Shown: one piece after another, positions 26,701 to 35,029 of the stretch
How the letters are laid out: each line of letters opens with the position of its first letter
Numbering within the stretch: position 1 is the first letter of the stretch
Virus record (IMG/VR): IMGVR_UViG_3300009314_000003
Span: 64,001 to 128,000 of that record
Reading direction: 5' to 3' (one strand)
Origin: a virus
DNA length: 64,000 nucleotides
Program-made: the position numbers and the translations under genes
Notes under the pieces: generated by a model
Seen by the model: the letters and a program-made list of their open reading frames with translations, nothing else
What the model was told of the DNA's origin: nothing
Databases searched by the model: none

Positions 26701-27887
26701 GGAACTCAAGTTCCTTTCTTGACTCTGTAAATAAGGAGAAGGCTGAGGTGTATTTCAGTAATTACACAGATTACTACGAATCTGACTTGACCGCTAGTAT
26801 TTCCGATCTCTTTACAACCAACTACTCATCTCAAGATACAACCGACTCCCTTATAAATCGTGTTATGAGGAGGGCTAATGTCGAAAAGTTTGCGGCGAAT
26901 AAACACTTTACCCCTGTCGTTGAACATCATTTCGTTAATAGCTGGGAAGATATTATGTCTAATGACATTATTGCCACGTCTGATTCCATGTACAACCACG
27001 TCAGGTTATTATTCAGTGGTGAGCCAACAGCCCATAAATCTTTAGAGGATCAGGATAAGCTTAAATCTTATGACACCTTCATTGGTTATGATATTGATCC
27101 TAACCATATCCGAACCTATGTTAGTTATCAGAAGAATGTTGATCCTAACATAATATTCAACTTTTTGGAGGCCAAGAACTTCACGAAGTATGAAAATGAG
27201 GTCATTCTTCCTAACTACATGAATATTGCTAACCAGATATTATCTAATGTGGTCAAGCCTATGTATCAGGGCAGCCTTACATTGGTAGGTAATCCACATA
27301 TCCGGCCCTGGCATATTGTTCATATGTATGACGACATAACTAATATGGATGGGCCGGTGGAGGTAGAAGAGGTGGTTCATTCCTTCTCCTCAGAGCGTGG
27401 ATATACCACAACCATAGTTCCAAACCTGGTTATCTATGATAGAGATATTAATACCCAGGCCGACCTTCTCTATCTTGAGATGCTTGGTAGGTACCGGAGT
27501 CATCGCCTTGGTTGGGATATAGTAATTGGTGGAGGTAAAGCACTAGGTAAGACGGCAATAGTAGCAGCCACAGCTGCTCTGTTTTCATTGGCCGTCCCAG
27601 CGGCTATACTAGGAGGGACCTACTTCATAATCAAAGGGGGTTGGAATATATTCGAGAATTATGCAAATCAAACAATAGGCATGGCCGGCATTATTGCAGG
27701 GAATAATCCCCTTACCTTTGCCTATCTTAATTATAATGGTAAACCTTACATAGCTGGAATGGAAGGTATTTACGATATGGGTCGCAGTATATCCAGTATT
27801 GTGGTTGGTCAGTTACAAAAAGATGGTGAGAAGACTGGTATTTCTCCTTTTGTGTGGAATAGGCTCATGTCAAATATAACGGAGTGA
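20751..27887 (+). CDS. Tail-associated lytic transglycosylase fused to baseplate hub-like protein (2378 aa)
   Basis: N-terminal SLT motifs (IDPDFVDAMIGAECSW, GALGLMQL, NIRIGIDYL, AASYNQG). Hub-like motifs (ILLRLGYG...VVFMGTITEV; LTLVGNPHIRP...VEEVVHSFSSERGYTTTI). Hydrophobic C-terminal helices. Confidence 0.8.
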   Translation: MSIYNTTDRINYLSTVERISKENGIDPDFVDAMIGAECSWDLNLAGGTGALGLMQLISDSSIVEIIQWRESQFHGQDLKELTTKAGEDPEINIRIGIDYLRYIDLHPSTYVRPNAALLAASYNQGWPTVGDAGWTVPTDAQVYVNNIQKQMRVLKNNSSFLLAEYYPIELEDTSADDLEKKKLYYKMSDPKELGLLVIGDLQFTVPPTAINFSSDSQAISIPTLRSSGDPVITSNTAVPRAQVVLYFTGVNAINRELRPLYAMFHKAPFTTVQNNTLHKLMVGKKQEQLMNTSTKDFSPIPIMLEGITLHTVPGFPGTIQANVSLAFINHFPHVSEMKFFKKTEDAKAQARYMTYRSSKAYNTINLREDGNLTYITAEGTPGTAGKPAGGKTTLYPGGSWPFIRHYRGLLREFKESYFADMSNRVEPWCEYNATSAQGIKIQYNSILVYDTMEQNLLRNLRGISDMLHRLKVMRALATKDIAINAATGGGPKSVLIDGKEVDVQPTDIGMFTFEGRGAEILEKYFSFWEHYIDAFAGIRYTLNELRTEITQAYNQFKTITEEKAEGIEVDFTFLSDDDQLTNNSEVIKKSLLQYVYLLRKRKELASETGMDEEKSKLNIAIDKYHKLYEAMGQHFNDSVEDWAKEEKVNPKIVHPIEFTLGWDDTLSPKYNENALKEALEKQKDTAVQKAKLRYNTVVNSIGVSYQNNITPIPILAFENPTFQHMGISNAVVTINLKTKDEDLLARLTDVRQSIAHISRAVASGGNNDLADLELSKITITDGLLNSLGLNEFALRDLDVRSISGSPGWYEITLELVQNEMDLTKFEQLSSIPSYQLPRDAVATLFPSKDFEPYDFFDSLKEEYNKKNKALRERIMDYRFYTSEVCRRVIKKHYARPTAKDAFGEYVLGSEYGVSVELIRELPGGNPYYEFIIEVYNIDTGVKDTSRTKFYRSMVGPLLRRATIICQMARAFENEKNYELGVGSLTVQLEAHYLRYISRVANGIDTLLKLDPEVVSLPATIFGTEVAGVGDIEIKLQQPGIIDTTLDQMRLKSLYILLSRKDFRDFLDSCEDLNISSFDTPGYFTSSTPVSSFDTPGYFSYLTSSILGFGQQYLVGPEPPTTYDKYLTNEEEDHLTKLAKSIGKYFEEAHKMIKGNYPDLDLPPDVLEENGHYIFGPSFYLKAKGSLQEDAMKKTSELLSGYRLSVALQLAIIQGQITNKMFIDKHNKIGERINDLLTKLKVDEKVKDILKLENVRDEYEQINNVIGVETDTGGNITNETVLAYKSLIDADLLKDIGVMAAGRVFVDENGVERDITPQMTSRQFRRLIIRSACFEYAYFMSILEEALNEKIGLNGLKIVYFNAEGETTEAGNAVSAAIGGSGVNTEISLVKLLDNTLNFQNKGLAKGAGELQRYIRITSATDTDGVDFEGEAIQNILIKLYNDAVRLIKNENPEALMNYFGFSDLGSAKERYELDKKLAKIVDTSTNGTMDRAFPTFKLFFIEEDTPNWLLFDDFYTYDAVNSIDVVESKHAASSTAVIKLSNVTNKLTGDPFQDMWKDSDVPATLPRIRLRPGTPILLRLGYGPDYRHLPVVFMGTITEVKPGPVLEFTAQSWGAELTNSVGSNKGMKFGALSPEKTIGSVVVSVLDQLPGMHHFGRWTMKALDDADPNMIPNSFYKMAHFAKSGPAKWLAGWGLDFAGVDTDMYKKLIGDITSSQKDLENLLSGRRPDHLMLNIGNELYDNVYLNGIRSSGYGWANFLGIGNLDHLNNRGNFDWVIYNQTGWDALWEACLHLGDYIVRPLPYNEGTNMLQQPPRMTLYIGPREGYYQHSDQMLSNMSLTDQITEAMEKELKELLDGSNNGPTTTTVEQLFKEELLAHAAELFEGYTSPGIMVGIYWLAKQVLLDMHPVAPCITTRALDILEEIFPSMRRGQHAGVKVGGFTTSDRAGVWRILCVLLTGNLEETTFTGMINKYRPQSLKKFTQRNSSSFLDSVNKEKAEVYFSNYTDYYESDLTASISDLFTTNYSSQDTTDSLINRVMRRANVEKFAANKHFTPVVEHHFVNSWEDIMSNDIIATSDSMYNHVRLLFSGEPTAHKSLEDQDKLKSYDTFIGYDIDPNHIRTYVSYQKNVDPNIIFNFLEAKNFTKYENEVILPNYMNIANQILSNVVKPMYQGSLTLVGNPHIRPWHIVHMYDDITNMDGPVEVEEVVHSFSSERGYTTTIVPNLVIYDRDINTQADLLYLEMLGRYRSHRLGWDIVIGGGKALGKTAIVAATAALFSLAVPAAILGGTYFIIKGGWNIFENYANQTIGMAGIIAGNNPLTFAYLNYNGKPYIAGMEGIYDMGRSISSIVVGQLQKDGEKTGISPFVWNRLMSNITE
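23971..24045 (+). repeat. 30-bp in-frame direct duplication (period 45)
   Basis: taagtagcttcgatacaccaggttatttta at 23971-24000 and 24016-24045 (SSFDTPGYF twice). Confidence 0.95.
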
Positions 27888-27893
27888 TCCTTT

Positions 27894-28658
27894 ATGAGAC
27901 GAAATCTAGATAGGTTACAGAAGGAAGTACAAGAGGGAACCACAGTAGATAGTGCTGCTGTGATTGTCTCGGAGATTATGCAGGAGACAGAAGATGGAGG
28001 TCACTGGTCTGATTGGTATAGCCCCCGCACCAATATTGTTTCCGTAAAGGGTGAGCGAACCGGTGAGAGATACTTGATCTGGCTTATAAACAAACCGGAG
28101 AATGGTTACCCACACCCCCACAAGGATGTTGTGGAGTGGATGCCCTACAGCAACAGAAGTAAGGCAAAATTTACAACTCACAAAATGCCCGCTGCACAGA
28201 TTGGTGTAGACGGAATAGGCTTCATACGGCAAAAGACAGACTATCGGGTGGATATTGTTAGCACCACCTCCTCCCTTCTGTATGGTGGAGATTCTAGCAG
28301 TCCCCCTCACGAGCAGAAAGTCATTTCAGGGCGACAGTCGACGGATATTAATGAACGTACAGGCATCTCTTTTGATCTAATTAATGGGAGTGTTTTAATT
28401 AAGGGGCATGACAGCGCAATTGAACTTAAAAGTGGTGGAAGTGTGTATGTGCAAGGACCTATCAACACAGAGGAAATGAATTCAACAGGACCACTGACAG
28501 AAAACTGGCTCGGCAAATTACTCCCCGAGTGTCTCCCTATCTTTCCAGCATCTCTAACAATGCTTCCAGATCCTAATAAACTACTTAACATAGCTGGGAA
28601 GGTTGCAACAATAATTGAAGGTCTGAAGACAATGCAGAAACTAGCAGAGGAAATGTAG
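27894..28658 (+). CDS. Putative baseplate spike / gpV-like protein
   Basis: Position between hub and gp25-like gene; short beta-repeat-like segment (SVLIKGHDSAIELKSGGSVYVQG). Confidence 0.45.
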   Translation: MRRNLDRLQKEVQEGTTVDSAAVIVSEIMQETEDGGHWSDWYSPRTNIVSVKGERTGERYLIWLINKPENGYPHPHKDVVEWMPYSNRSKAKFTTHKMPAAQIGVDGIGFIRQKTDYRVDIVSTTSSLLYGGDSSSPPHEQKVISGRQSTDINERTGISFDLINGSVLIKGHDSAIELKSGGSVYVQGPINTEEMNSTGPLTENWLGKLLPECLPIFPASLTMLPDPNKLLNIAGKVATIIEGLKTMQKLAEEM

Positions 28659-28662
28659 CTCT

Positions 28663-29160
28663 GTGTTTAATATAGCGGACAAAACCCTAGGCTGGACAGA
28701 AGATGGTGATCTCCTAATACACAAACCAAGTGATAGGCTCGCTTCTGTCGTAGGTTTTGATAGTTTGAAACGGAGAATCATGTTCTATTTAAGGACCCAA
28801 CCTGGTGATTACGGCTATGATGTTGGGGCGGGAATAGGTCTAGAGAACTTTGCCGGCCGTCCTAATACAGACGAAAATAGAGAAATGATATACCAAAATA
28901 TCTTTGACAATTTGTATGACGACAGCGTTACGTATCCATACCATTTTAGTGTTGATGTGAAGAAGGCTGAACGCCATGATGTAAGTATTACTATAAATGT
29001 AACAGGACCAACAGGCACAACAGAGGTGGCGCTCATCTTTGATTTGGAACGTGGATACATAAGAACGAAGGAGGAATTTATAAGCGACATAGAAGAAATT
29101 ACCCTACCCTATGGGCAAGAGGAAAATGAGAATATATATCTTAAGAGGAAGAATAGCTAA
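28663..29160 (+). CDS. Baseplate wedge protein, gp25-like
   Basis: GDLL...SLKRRIMFYLRTQPGD...GIGLENFAGRPN pattern; immediately before baseplate J. Confidence 0.8.
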   Translation: MFNIADKTLGWTEDGDLLIHKPSDRLASVVGFDSLKRRIMFYLRTQPGDYGYDVGAGIGLENFAGRPNTDENREMIYQNIFDNLYDDSVTYPYHFSVDVKKAERHDVSITINVTGPTGTTEVALIFDLERGYIRTKEEFISDIEEITLPYGQEENENIYLKRKNS

Positions 29161-30366
29161 ATGCCACTTGTAACACGAACGAGGAGTGAGGTCTTAACCA
29201 GGCTCCGTAAACACTTTGAGAATGCCGGGCTCAATGCCTTTAATGAGTCTGGAACACCGGAACACGCCATCTTAAACATGATTGCTGATGAGATGTCGAG
29301 TATTTATTCGTTTGTAGAGCTGAGTTACAATGGTCTGCAGATATCAACAGCAATAGGTATAGATTTGGATAACCTGGCTGCTATTTTTGGTATCACAAGG
29401 AATATATCCCAACCGGCTATGGATAATAGTGACTCCAATTTCAAATTCTATATTGACCCCATCCTGGGAATTGACGCGAGTACTCTAGCAGCACAACATG
29501 GCCTCAGCTCCATAATTATACCGGAGGGGACAATTGTGTCCAATGCGGGTACAAAACAGTACCGCACTACAGCGTCGGTCTCTATGTCCGGAAGTGATAC
29601 ACAGGTATTTGCCCCTATAGTCGCAATGTCTGTCGGATCACAATACAATGTTGAGGCGGGTATACTAACTGCGCATAATTTAGGGTCTATGCCAACACTT
29701 AGAAATATTGCTACCAGTATTAGATGTACTAACCTCCTTCCTATTACTTCGGGGGAAAGTACTGAAACAGATGCCGATCTGAGAGTAAGAGTAACCAGTG
29801 CGTATTCCATAGGAGCCACCAGCAACCTCCTGGCAATTTTGGAAGCGGCTCGGGGAGTCGCGGGAGTAGCTGATGCAAGTATTGTGCCTTATGTCTATGG
29901 CTCTGGTACACTTGCTGTCTTTGTAGAGAGTACTGCCCCTGTTGTTGCTGTTGGTACAGTACGTGCTGTGCAAGAGGCGGTCGATAATGTTGTGGCCGTC
30001 GGCAACCGTGCTTTTGTTAGGTATCCAGATTATAAGGCCTTGAAGATTAGGGCTGAGGTAACTCTTGTTGCTGGTACTGATGGAGACTCTTACATACAAA
30101 GTACCAGGACACAGATCACAAACTTTATAAACAACCTCCCCCGGGGGACAGCATTTAACCCTGACCATCTATTATCCATCCTAGAAGGTCCTAATGTTAT
30201 TAATGCTACTATCCTGCGGGTTCAGTATGGTGATTTTGATATTTACACCAGGAAGATACTGAATTTACAAACCTTCCTACCAGTTACACAGGAACTTGGA
30301 CAGACAGAGAAATGGTACACTAATTCTACAATGATAGATATTTGTTTCCCTGGAGCGAATGAGTAA
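29161..30366 (+). CDS. Baseplate J-like protein
   Basis: TAIGIDLDNLAAIFGITR, IIPEGTIV, GSQYNVEAG, GESTETDADLRVR, GVAGV...GSGTLAVFV motifs. Confidence 0.92.
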   Translation: MPLVTRTRSEVLTRLRKHFENAGLNAFNESGTPEHAILNMIADEMSSIYSFVELSYNGLQISTAIGIDLDNLAAIFGITRNISQPAMDNSDSNFKFYIDPILGIDASTLAAQHGLSSIIIPEGTIVSNAGTKQYRTTASVSMSGSDTQVFAPIVAMSVGSQYNVEAGILTAHNLGSMPTLRNIATSIRCTNLLPITSGESTETDADLRVRVTSAYSIGATSNLLAILEAARGVAGVADASIVPYVYGSGTLAVFVESTAPVVAVGTVRAVQEAVDNVVAVGNRAFVRYPDYKALKIRAEVTLVAGTDGDSYIQSTRTQITNFINNLPRGTAFNPDHLLSILEGPNVINATILRVQYGDFDIYTRKILNLQTFLPVTQELGQTEKWYTNSTMIDICFPGANE

Positions 30367-32524
30367 GCTTAATAACAGAGATAACCACAACTCCTCTAGA
30401 ACACCCTTACGTCTGTCACGCCTTCCAGAGTGGATCAAGAAGGGCACAGATTCAACTATCTGGTCAGTAATTAATCCTGCCTGCCTATCTGTAGAAGATG
30501 CTATTGAGTACATTGGGTATGCTTTTGGGGACGCCACACCAGCCGCATTTGACCCACATAACCAGAATCCTACCTACGTTGCTGGCCCCCTAACTGGAGA
30601 TATTAACGCTACTTACCATGTTAGTGGGGATATAGATATTATTAAGACACAGGAATTAGAGGAATTCTTCTTTGGACCACCTACGCAGGTAGTTGCGGAG
30701 GATGTTATAAGGCCAATCCCGTATGCAAAGCGTATACCTACCGATATTCATTATATACACAATTGGCAGATGGACGGGACTGGTGAGTCATTAAGTGCTT
30801 TTGCTTTATTACAAGAGAATGCTTATACCGATAGGGATGCCTTTCTCTTTTATGATACCAACTGGACCCCTGTGGGAATGAGTAATGTTGACAAGAAAAC
30901 ACAGAATTATAATAACACCGGCGCGGATGAGTGGTTAGGTCTCTCCACAGATGGTTTACAAGCAACACTTAATCATATACCTATATCTGGTACCATTCAG
31001 GTGTTAAATATTATGGATCTGGACGATGGTGGACAAGCACAGCCAATCAACACCAATTTCTCTGTTCAAGGGTGTGATATAGTGTTTGATAACCCCATCA
31101 TAGGATCTGGTATGTATATAGTTGAATATGACTATGTACCCAATTACACACTTCGTTGTTTTACCCCATACGCCTGGGTAAGTGATAGTTACATGCAAGA
31201 GTCTCCAAGCTTCAAAGCTAGTTACCGCGGAGTTTCTTCAGACGATATAATACTTGATCCCGATGTCTCAACCTATTTAGCTAGTGGAGACTTACACAGC
31301 CTCGTTAAGCTGAGAGGTACAACTACCACAATTCATCCGAGGGAAATACTTTTTAAGGACAGTATGCCCTACCTACGCAGCCATGCTAGTGTTCTACGCC
31401 CTGGAATGTCGGCCCTGGTAAATTATTCAGGGACACGATACTGTGTTGAGGAGTGGACGAACCCAACCTCAGGCGATTTTCTGTACGAGGTGGGAATTTT
31501 AGATGACTTTGTGAGTACAAATGTTAATATGGTGAGCGTCTTTAATACTGGCGGGGCCGATATTACTTCAGACAATGCGATAAGTATTTCGGGTGATTGG
31601 GTAGTTATTGACTCAAATGATACCCTTTTGGAGCCGGTTAATGTAAGAATCAATTATGAGTATAGTAGTAGTGGTTGGTACACGGCAGAGACTTTACCGG
31701 GGGCTTATGATATTTACGAGGGCTCCTTAGCAATATCAGGTAATTTTGAGGGCGCTGTGATGCCGGCAGTTGGAGTACCTGTTGGAGAGGTTGTATCGGG
31801 AGCTATATCTGATCTTCAGGTGCCCAGATTCACACTAGAGAAACATCAGGACATAGTTAGTACATCCTATGGGAAAGAACCTATGCTGATAGAGGATATA
31901 TCCGCCGAGATACCTGTTTATACCCTGGACCGTGTTGGTCAATATCTGAAAAGGACTGCACCCCTTAGTATGAGGGAAGAAAATTATATGGCAGCGGTAG
32001 ATATAGAACCGTTCCCAGGCCCCTTATCTGGCTTACTATACCTAGATTATCCAGAGGTGTATGAACAGCTTGAGAAATGTAATAACTACCTCGACCCAAC
32101 ACTGAGGAACAGGGAATTCCTTTCAGTTCGAAAATGGAGGAAGTGGTTGGTCCTACTCTCAAAACAAGGCCTTCCAGAGCCAGAGACTAATTACTGGACC
32201 ACCAGTAGTACTGATACTTGTTACCTAAACTTTATTAATATGGATACCAACCAAACGGATAGGCTGAGTAATGGAGACAAAATGGAATATGAAATATCAG
32301 TCCCGAACCTTGAGATAACTTCCTTCACCTTTGACTGGGATGGCAATATATGGATTGTTGGTTTCAAAGTAGGAGAGGGGGGTAATTATACTTCCCACTA
32401 TGTAAAATTACAGCCAAGATATGATTACTGCATTAGTGTCCCAGAGGAGGACGATGCAATGATGGAACGGGTATACTTCCGCGAGTATTATCCAGAGGGC
32501 GTGGAGAGAACATCAGATGTCTAA
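30359..32524 (+). CDS. Baseplate/tail structural protein (721 aa)
   Basis: Overlaps the baseplate J gene end; acidic, beta-rich composition. Confidence 0.6.
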   Translation: MSKLNNRDNHNSSRTPLRLSRLPEWIKKGTDSTIWSVINPACLSVEDAIEYIGYAFGDATPAAFDPHNQNPTYVAGPLTGDINATYHVSGDIDIIKTQELEEFFFGPPTQVVAEDVIRPIPYAKRIPTDIHYIHNWQMDGTGESLSAFALLQENAYTDRDAFLFYDTNWTPVGMSNVDKKTQNYNNTGADEWLGLSTDGLQATLNHIPISGTIQVLNIMDLDDGGQAQPINTNFSVQGCDIVFDNPIIGSGMYIVEYDYVPNYTLRCFTPYAWVSDSYMQESPSFKASYRGVSSDDIILDPDVSTYLASGDLHSLVKLRGTTTTIHPREILFKDSMPYLRSHASVLRPGMSALVNYSGTRYCVEEWTNPTSGDFLYEVGILDDFVSTNVNMVSVFNTGGADITSDNAISISGDWVVIDSNDTLLEPVNVRINYEYSSSGWYTAETLPGAYDIYEGSLAISGNFEGAVMPAVGVPVGEVVSGAISDLQVPRFTLEKHQDIVSTSYGKEPMLIEDISAEIPVYTLDRVGQYLKRTAPLSMREENYMAAVDIEPFPGPLSGLLYLDYPEVYEQLEKCNNYLDPTLRNREFLSVRKWRKWLVLLSKQGLPEPETNYWTTSSTDTCYLNFINMDTNQTDRLSNGDKMEYEISVPNLEITSFTFDWDGNIWIVGFKVGEGGNYTSHYVKLQPRYDYCISVPEEDDAMMERVYFREYYPEGVERTSDV
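31136..31174. repeat. 39-bp sequence present as an exact inverted copy at 47008-47046
   Basis: gtacccaattacacacttcgttgttttaccccatacgcc is the reverse complement of 47008-47046. Confidence 0.95.
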
Positions 32525-35027
32525 CCAGGAAACTATCCAACCTAAAGAATCACAGGTATGGAATTCTCTCGATGATTGGGGACTTGCCTTTGGTATTGAA
32601 CGCTTACCCGCCGAGGAAAATAAGGAATTTAGGGAGAGACTGTACAAAGTAGCCGGGGCCCATGGAAATGCTAGTCTCCAGGGTATTGTGGATGGAATTT
32701 CAGCCAGTCTTGGATTGGAAAGTTGGAAAACATCTGGTAAGAAGCATTTTTACTTACGATTTACCCCTGTAGAGAGGGACGACGATAGTAACACCTTCCC
32801 CATCACCGTAACTATTGATGGAGTTCCGCAGACACAACTCATTGAGTATCTGGAGCCTCCACGGGATTGGATGGCGGGCTCATATATGTATACAGCCCCC
32901 GCGGGGTTCATTGTCTGGCGCGATGATGAGGGATACTACACCAGACACCTGGAGTTTCTGGAGGCACCAAAAACAGGAACTGATATTACAGTTACCTATT
33001 ATACCAGAACAGAGTCTGACGAAATTGTAAAGGTAGTAGAGACTGAGGCCGAGAATAAAGATATTATACCGGAAGGTGTGGAACTACCTGCCGACAATCA
33101 AATTAAGGTGGACATACTCAGTGATTTTGATTTTCAGTCCAGACATATGGCTATGAATAATATGATCAGCAATGATCTGATGAGTTATGTGGACGAGGTT
33201 AATTCTCCTTACCCCTTTCAGTGGGGTACCTTTGAGTGGGATAACTTCCGCTGGGAGGTGGGCGGAGATACTTCTGTTATACCGTCTTATTTCGATTGTG
33301 TATCCGCCTCTGGAGATCTAACCTCCGGAACCGGGTACGGCAATGATCTTAAGGTTGTAGGAATAGATGACTTTACCCAACAACCACACATTATGCCGGG
33401 CTTTGTATACTACAGGGATAGAGAATACTATTTCTACAACTCCCTACAGATGCAGGATATTCCATCCGGGGATATTAGTATAGTCCTATCTGGTAGTATT
33501 AATGCCTCAGGAGCGTATGGCCCGCCAATCGATCCGGCTCCTGTTGTCTGTACTGCCGGACTAAGTACCGAAGGGCTTATAATCGGCCATCCCAGTCACT
33601 ACATAGATGGAGATAGTCAGACATTTAATGCGTCAGGAGAGTATATCTTCGGACTTGATTCAATACCTTCTGATATGTCCACCATAAGAGCACAGCGCAC
33701 CACTCCGGGAAGTGGTGGTGAGCTGGACACTACTAAGCCGGAGCCTGCTGCCTACTTTCCCTGGAATAATAGTGTCATAATAAGATCGCCCCTGACAGCC
33801 GGACAAACACTGAAGGTTACTTGGGCTACTGAAAAAACAAGGCTATTCCTTAATGATGTTCTCGATGGTGCGGTGGGTGGCTATAACCTGGCAATGAACT
33901 ACCGCTATGATCATCGTATCCCATCTGAATCTCTTACCACATTAGATACTGTGGTAAATCCTGGGGATGGTTCTCTCGGCTGGCCGGCGAGTGGCGCACA
34001 CCACCATACTGTGATCTTTAGTAATACTAAACTACTGAGAGGTCGTTTACTTCCTACCATTTTGGTAACTGAGGATGAATACGATCAAATCTTCGACTAT
34101 GCTGACGAAGAATTCACCTCCGGCCTAATGTCCGAATATATGGCCCTCGGTGGATTCGATCATGAACACAAAATAACTGATGGTGGTTATATTAGTTACG
34201 AGGTCGTTGCTTTACCTGATGGCACAGAACTCCAACATACACACACCATAGTTGTGCCGGGAGATTATGGTTGGTATGACCCCACACCAAACAAGCTCCG
34301 CAGACGTTCGGACTTAACCACAATCGACCTGGGTACAAAGGCTGCAGAGACTTACTTAGGGCACATAAAGGATCAGGCTAATGCTATACCCAGAGTTGAG
34401 GCAGATTATTTCACCACCTACCCAACCTCCGGGGGATTACAGGTATCTTTTGACAAAGAAATTATTGAAGGCACAATACAGTATGAGGGAGCTGAAGAAG
34501 CAACACCCATACCAGTCCCACCTAACCATTGTCCACCGATAGATGAAAGTGCCGTTGGTAAAATACTTGCCATAGGTGGAACCCTAGCAGCTACCCGACT
34601 TGATTTGTATCCCAGTACCTCAGCCGTAGCATCAGGTGATTTCGCCCTTACTATACGGGCCACGGATTATGAGAGTGGTGGGGTACCAGATGCTCAAGTT
34701 ACATTATCCTGTCCCACTAACAGTTCTGGGAATTATTGGGTAATGGATTCAGATGACGGCTCCCCCATAGAAGGAGAGAATGTTCCAAAGACAAACACCG
34801 CCGGCCTACTTCATAGGAGGCTGGTACTCAATCCTTCTGATCCAGCCATAACTAAGGGGGAGATATTACCTATTAAAGCAACAGCAATATCTAGGACTCC
34901 TTACGAGATAAGACCACTACCAAGTGGCATTAACGAAACCGGGACTACACTTAATGAAGCTGAAAATATTACATATTATATTTATGAGGTCTCTAAGACC
35001 ATACCAATTTACTACGTAGGAGATTAA
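32517..35027 (+). CDS. Baseplate wedge-type structural protein (836 aa)
   Basis: N-terminal LDDWGLAFGIERLPAEENKEFRERL resembles the LD..G...R...E.D..R.R motif of wedge proteins. Confidence 0.6.
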   Translation: MSNQETIQPKESQVWNSLDDWGLAFGIERLPAEENKEFRERLYKVAGAHGNASLQGIVDGISASLGLESWKTSGKKHFYLRFTPVERDDDSNTFPITVTIDGVPQTQLIEYLEPPRDWMAGSYMYTAPAGFIVWRDDEGYYTRHLEFLEAPKTGTDITVTYYTRTESDEIVKVVETEAENKDIIPEGVELPADNQIKVDILSDFDFQSRHMAMNNMISNDLMSYVDEVNSPYPFQWGTFEWDNFRWEVGGDTSVIPSYFDCVSASGDLTSGTGYGNDLKVVGIDDFTQQPHIMPGFVYYRDREYYFYNSLQMQDIPSGDISIVLSGSINASGAYGPPIDPAPVVCTAGLSTEGLIIGHPSHYIDGDSQTFNASGEYIFGLDSIPSDMSTIRAQRTTPGSGGELDTTKPEPAAYFPWNNSVIIRSPLTAGQTLKVTWATEKTRLFLNDVLDGAVGGYNLAMNYRYDHRIPSESLTTLDTVVNPGDGSLGWPASGAHHHTVIFSNTKLLRGRLLPTILVTEDEYDQIFDYADEEFTSGLMSEYMALGGFDHEHKITDGGYISYEVVALPDGTELQHTHTIVVPGDYGWYDPTPNKLRRRSDLTTIDLGTKAAETYLGHIKDQANAIPRVEADYFTTYPTSGGLQVSFDKEIIEGTIQYEGAEEATPIPVPPNHCPPIDESAVGKILAIGGTLAATRLDLYPSTSAVASGDFALTIRATDYESGGVPDAQVTLSCPTNSSGNYWVMDSDDGSPIEGENVPKTNTAGLLHRRLVLNPSDPAITKGEILPIKATAISRTPYEIRPLPSGINETGTTLNEAENITYYIYEVSKTIPIYYVGD

Positions 35028-35029
35028 CA

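Noticed and set aside
27894-30366. Bacterial contractile injection system or T6SS instead of a phage
   Set aside because: Intein-laden giant genes, polymerase, fibre genes, holin-like gene and tRNA fit a phage; no eCIS ATPase or T6SS membrane genes were seen. Capsid and sheath genes are not in the window, so this is not formally excluded.
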